A stretch of DNA of 64,000 nt from Lepidodermella squamata (taxonomy: Eukaryota; Animalia; Gastrotricha): assembly GCA_047495785.1 (NCBI GenBank), contig JBLDXI010000038.1, positions 806,001-870,000 of the forward strand, read 5' to 3'. Shown here piece by piece: positions 63,602 through 64,000 of this stretch. Below the pieces are notes generated by a model. It had not been told where the DNA came from. It ran no database searches and saw only the letters and a list, made by a program, of their open reading frames with translations. The position numbers and the translations under genes are program-made. Within the stretch, counting starts at the first letter, position 1. Every line of letters starts with the position of its first letter.

Positions 63602-64000
63602 GAACAGAAGCCTGTATTAACGTGGTAAATGTGTGTGTGGCGATTTTGGCTTCGCCGGCCAGTGCTTGCATCGCTTTCGAATTTGCACTCGCTTCGTCCA
63701 CTCGAATGAATGATCTGTATGTCTCAAGGTGATTGACATTTATTTATTATCACGGATGCGCCTAACTCGATGAACTCTATTTCTAATACTACTTATACTT
63801 TACTGTTCGTTATATGCGTGTAATATTGTTCGCATTAAATGTTGAATTTTAGTTCAAATTTGAGGTATTTATTTACAGTTAACAGTTTTGCATTTACTGC
63901 TTCCTTGTGGGCGTTTTTGTGGCGGCTCTTTTATGAATGAGAATGCAGACGCCCTCACACACGATGAAAATTCCAATCCTGTTTAACTCAATTGTTTCTT

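Overview
Eukaryotic, animal-type genomic DNA from a compact genome: GT-AG introns are mostly 40-60 bp and there are about 15 protein-coding genes in 64 kb. It is probably an invertebrate; the lineage cannot be fixed from sequence alone. Genes in order: Ig/FN3 single-pass adhesion receptor (+), PRPF40 (-), prominin (-), CHCHD1/mS37 (-), a candidate remote TEDC2 homologue (-), CEP95 (-), a small SMIM20-like ORF (+), SAFB/SLTM (+), a large Ser/Pro-rich orphan (+), carboxypeptidase E (-), CSN1/GPS1 (+), PAPS synthase (+), AIMP2 (+), tektin-3/5 (-), a FAM13-type RhoGAP (-) and TMEM184B (+). Intergenic stretches and long introns hold MITE/foldback elements (one with perfect TIRs and an 8-bp TSD, one with telomere-like repeats), a perfect 164-bp inverted repeat and 5'-truncated LINE remnants. 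Two observations stand out. (1) A ~420-nt G.U-rich, rod-like structured RNA candidate lies upstream of the TMEM184 start codon. (2) Most start codons have a splice acceptor just upstream, and two co-oriented gene pairs are only 101 bp apart, suggesting SL trans-splicing and operons. All gene calls come from recognising motifs by eye. Exon boundaries are manual predictions and no database search was run.
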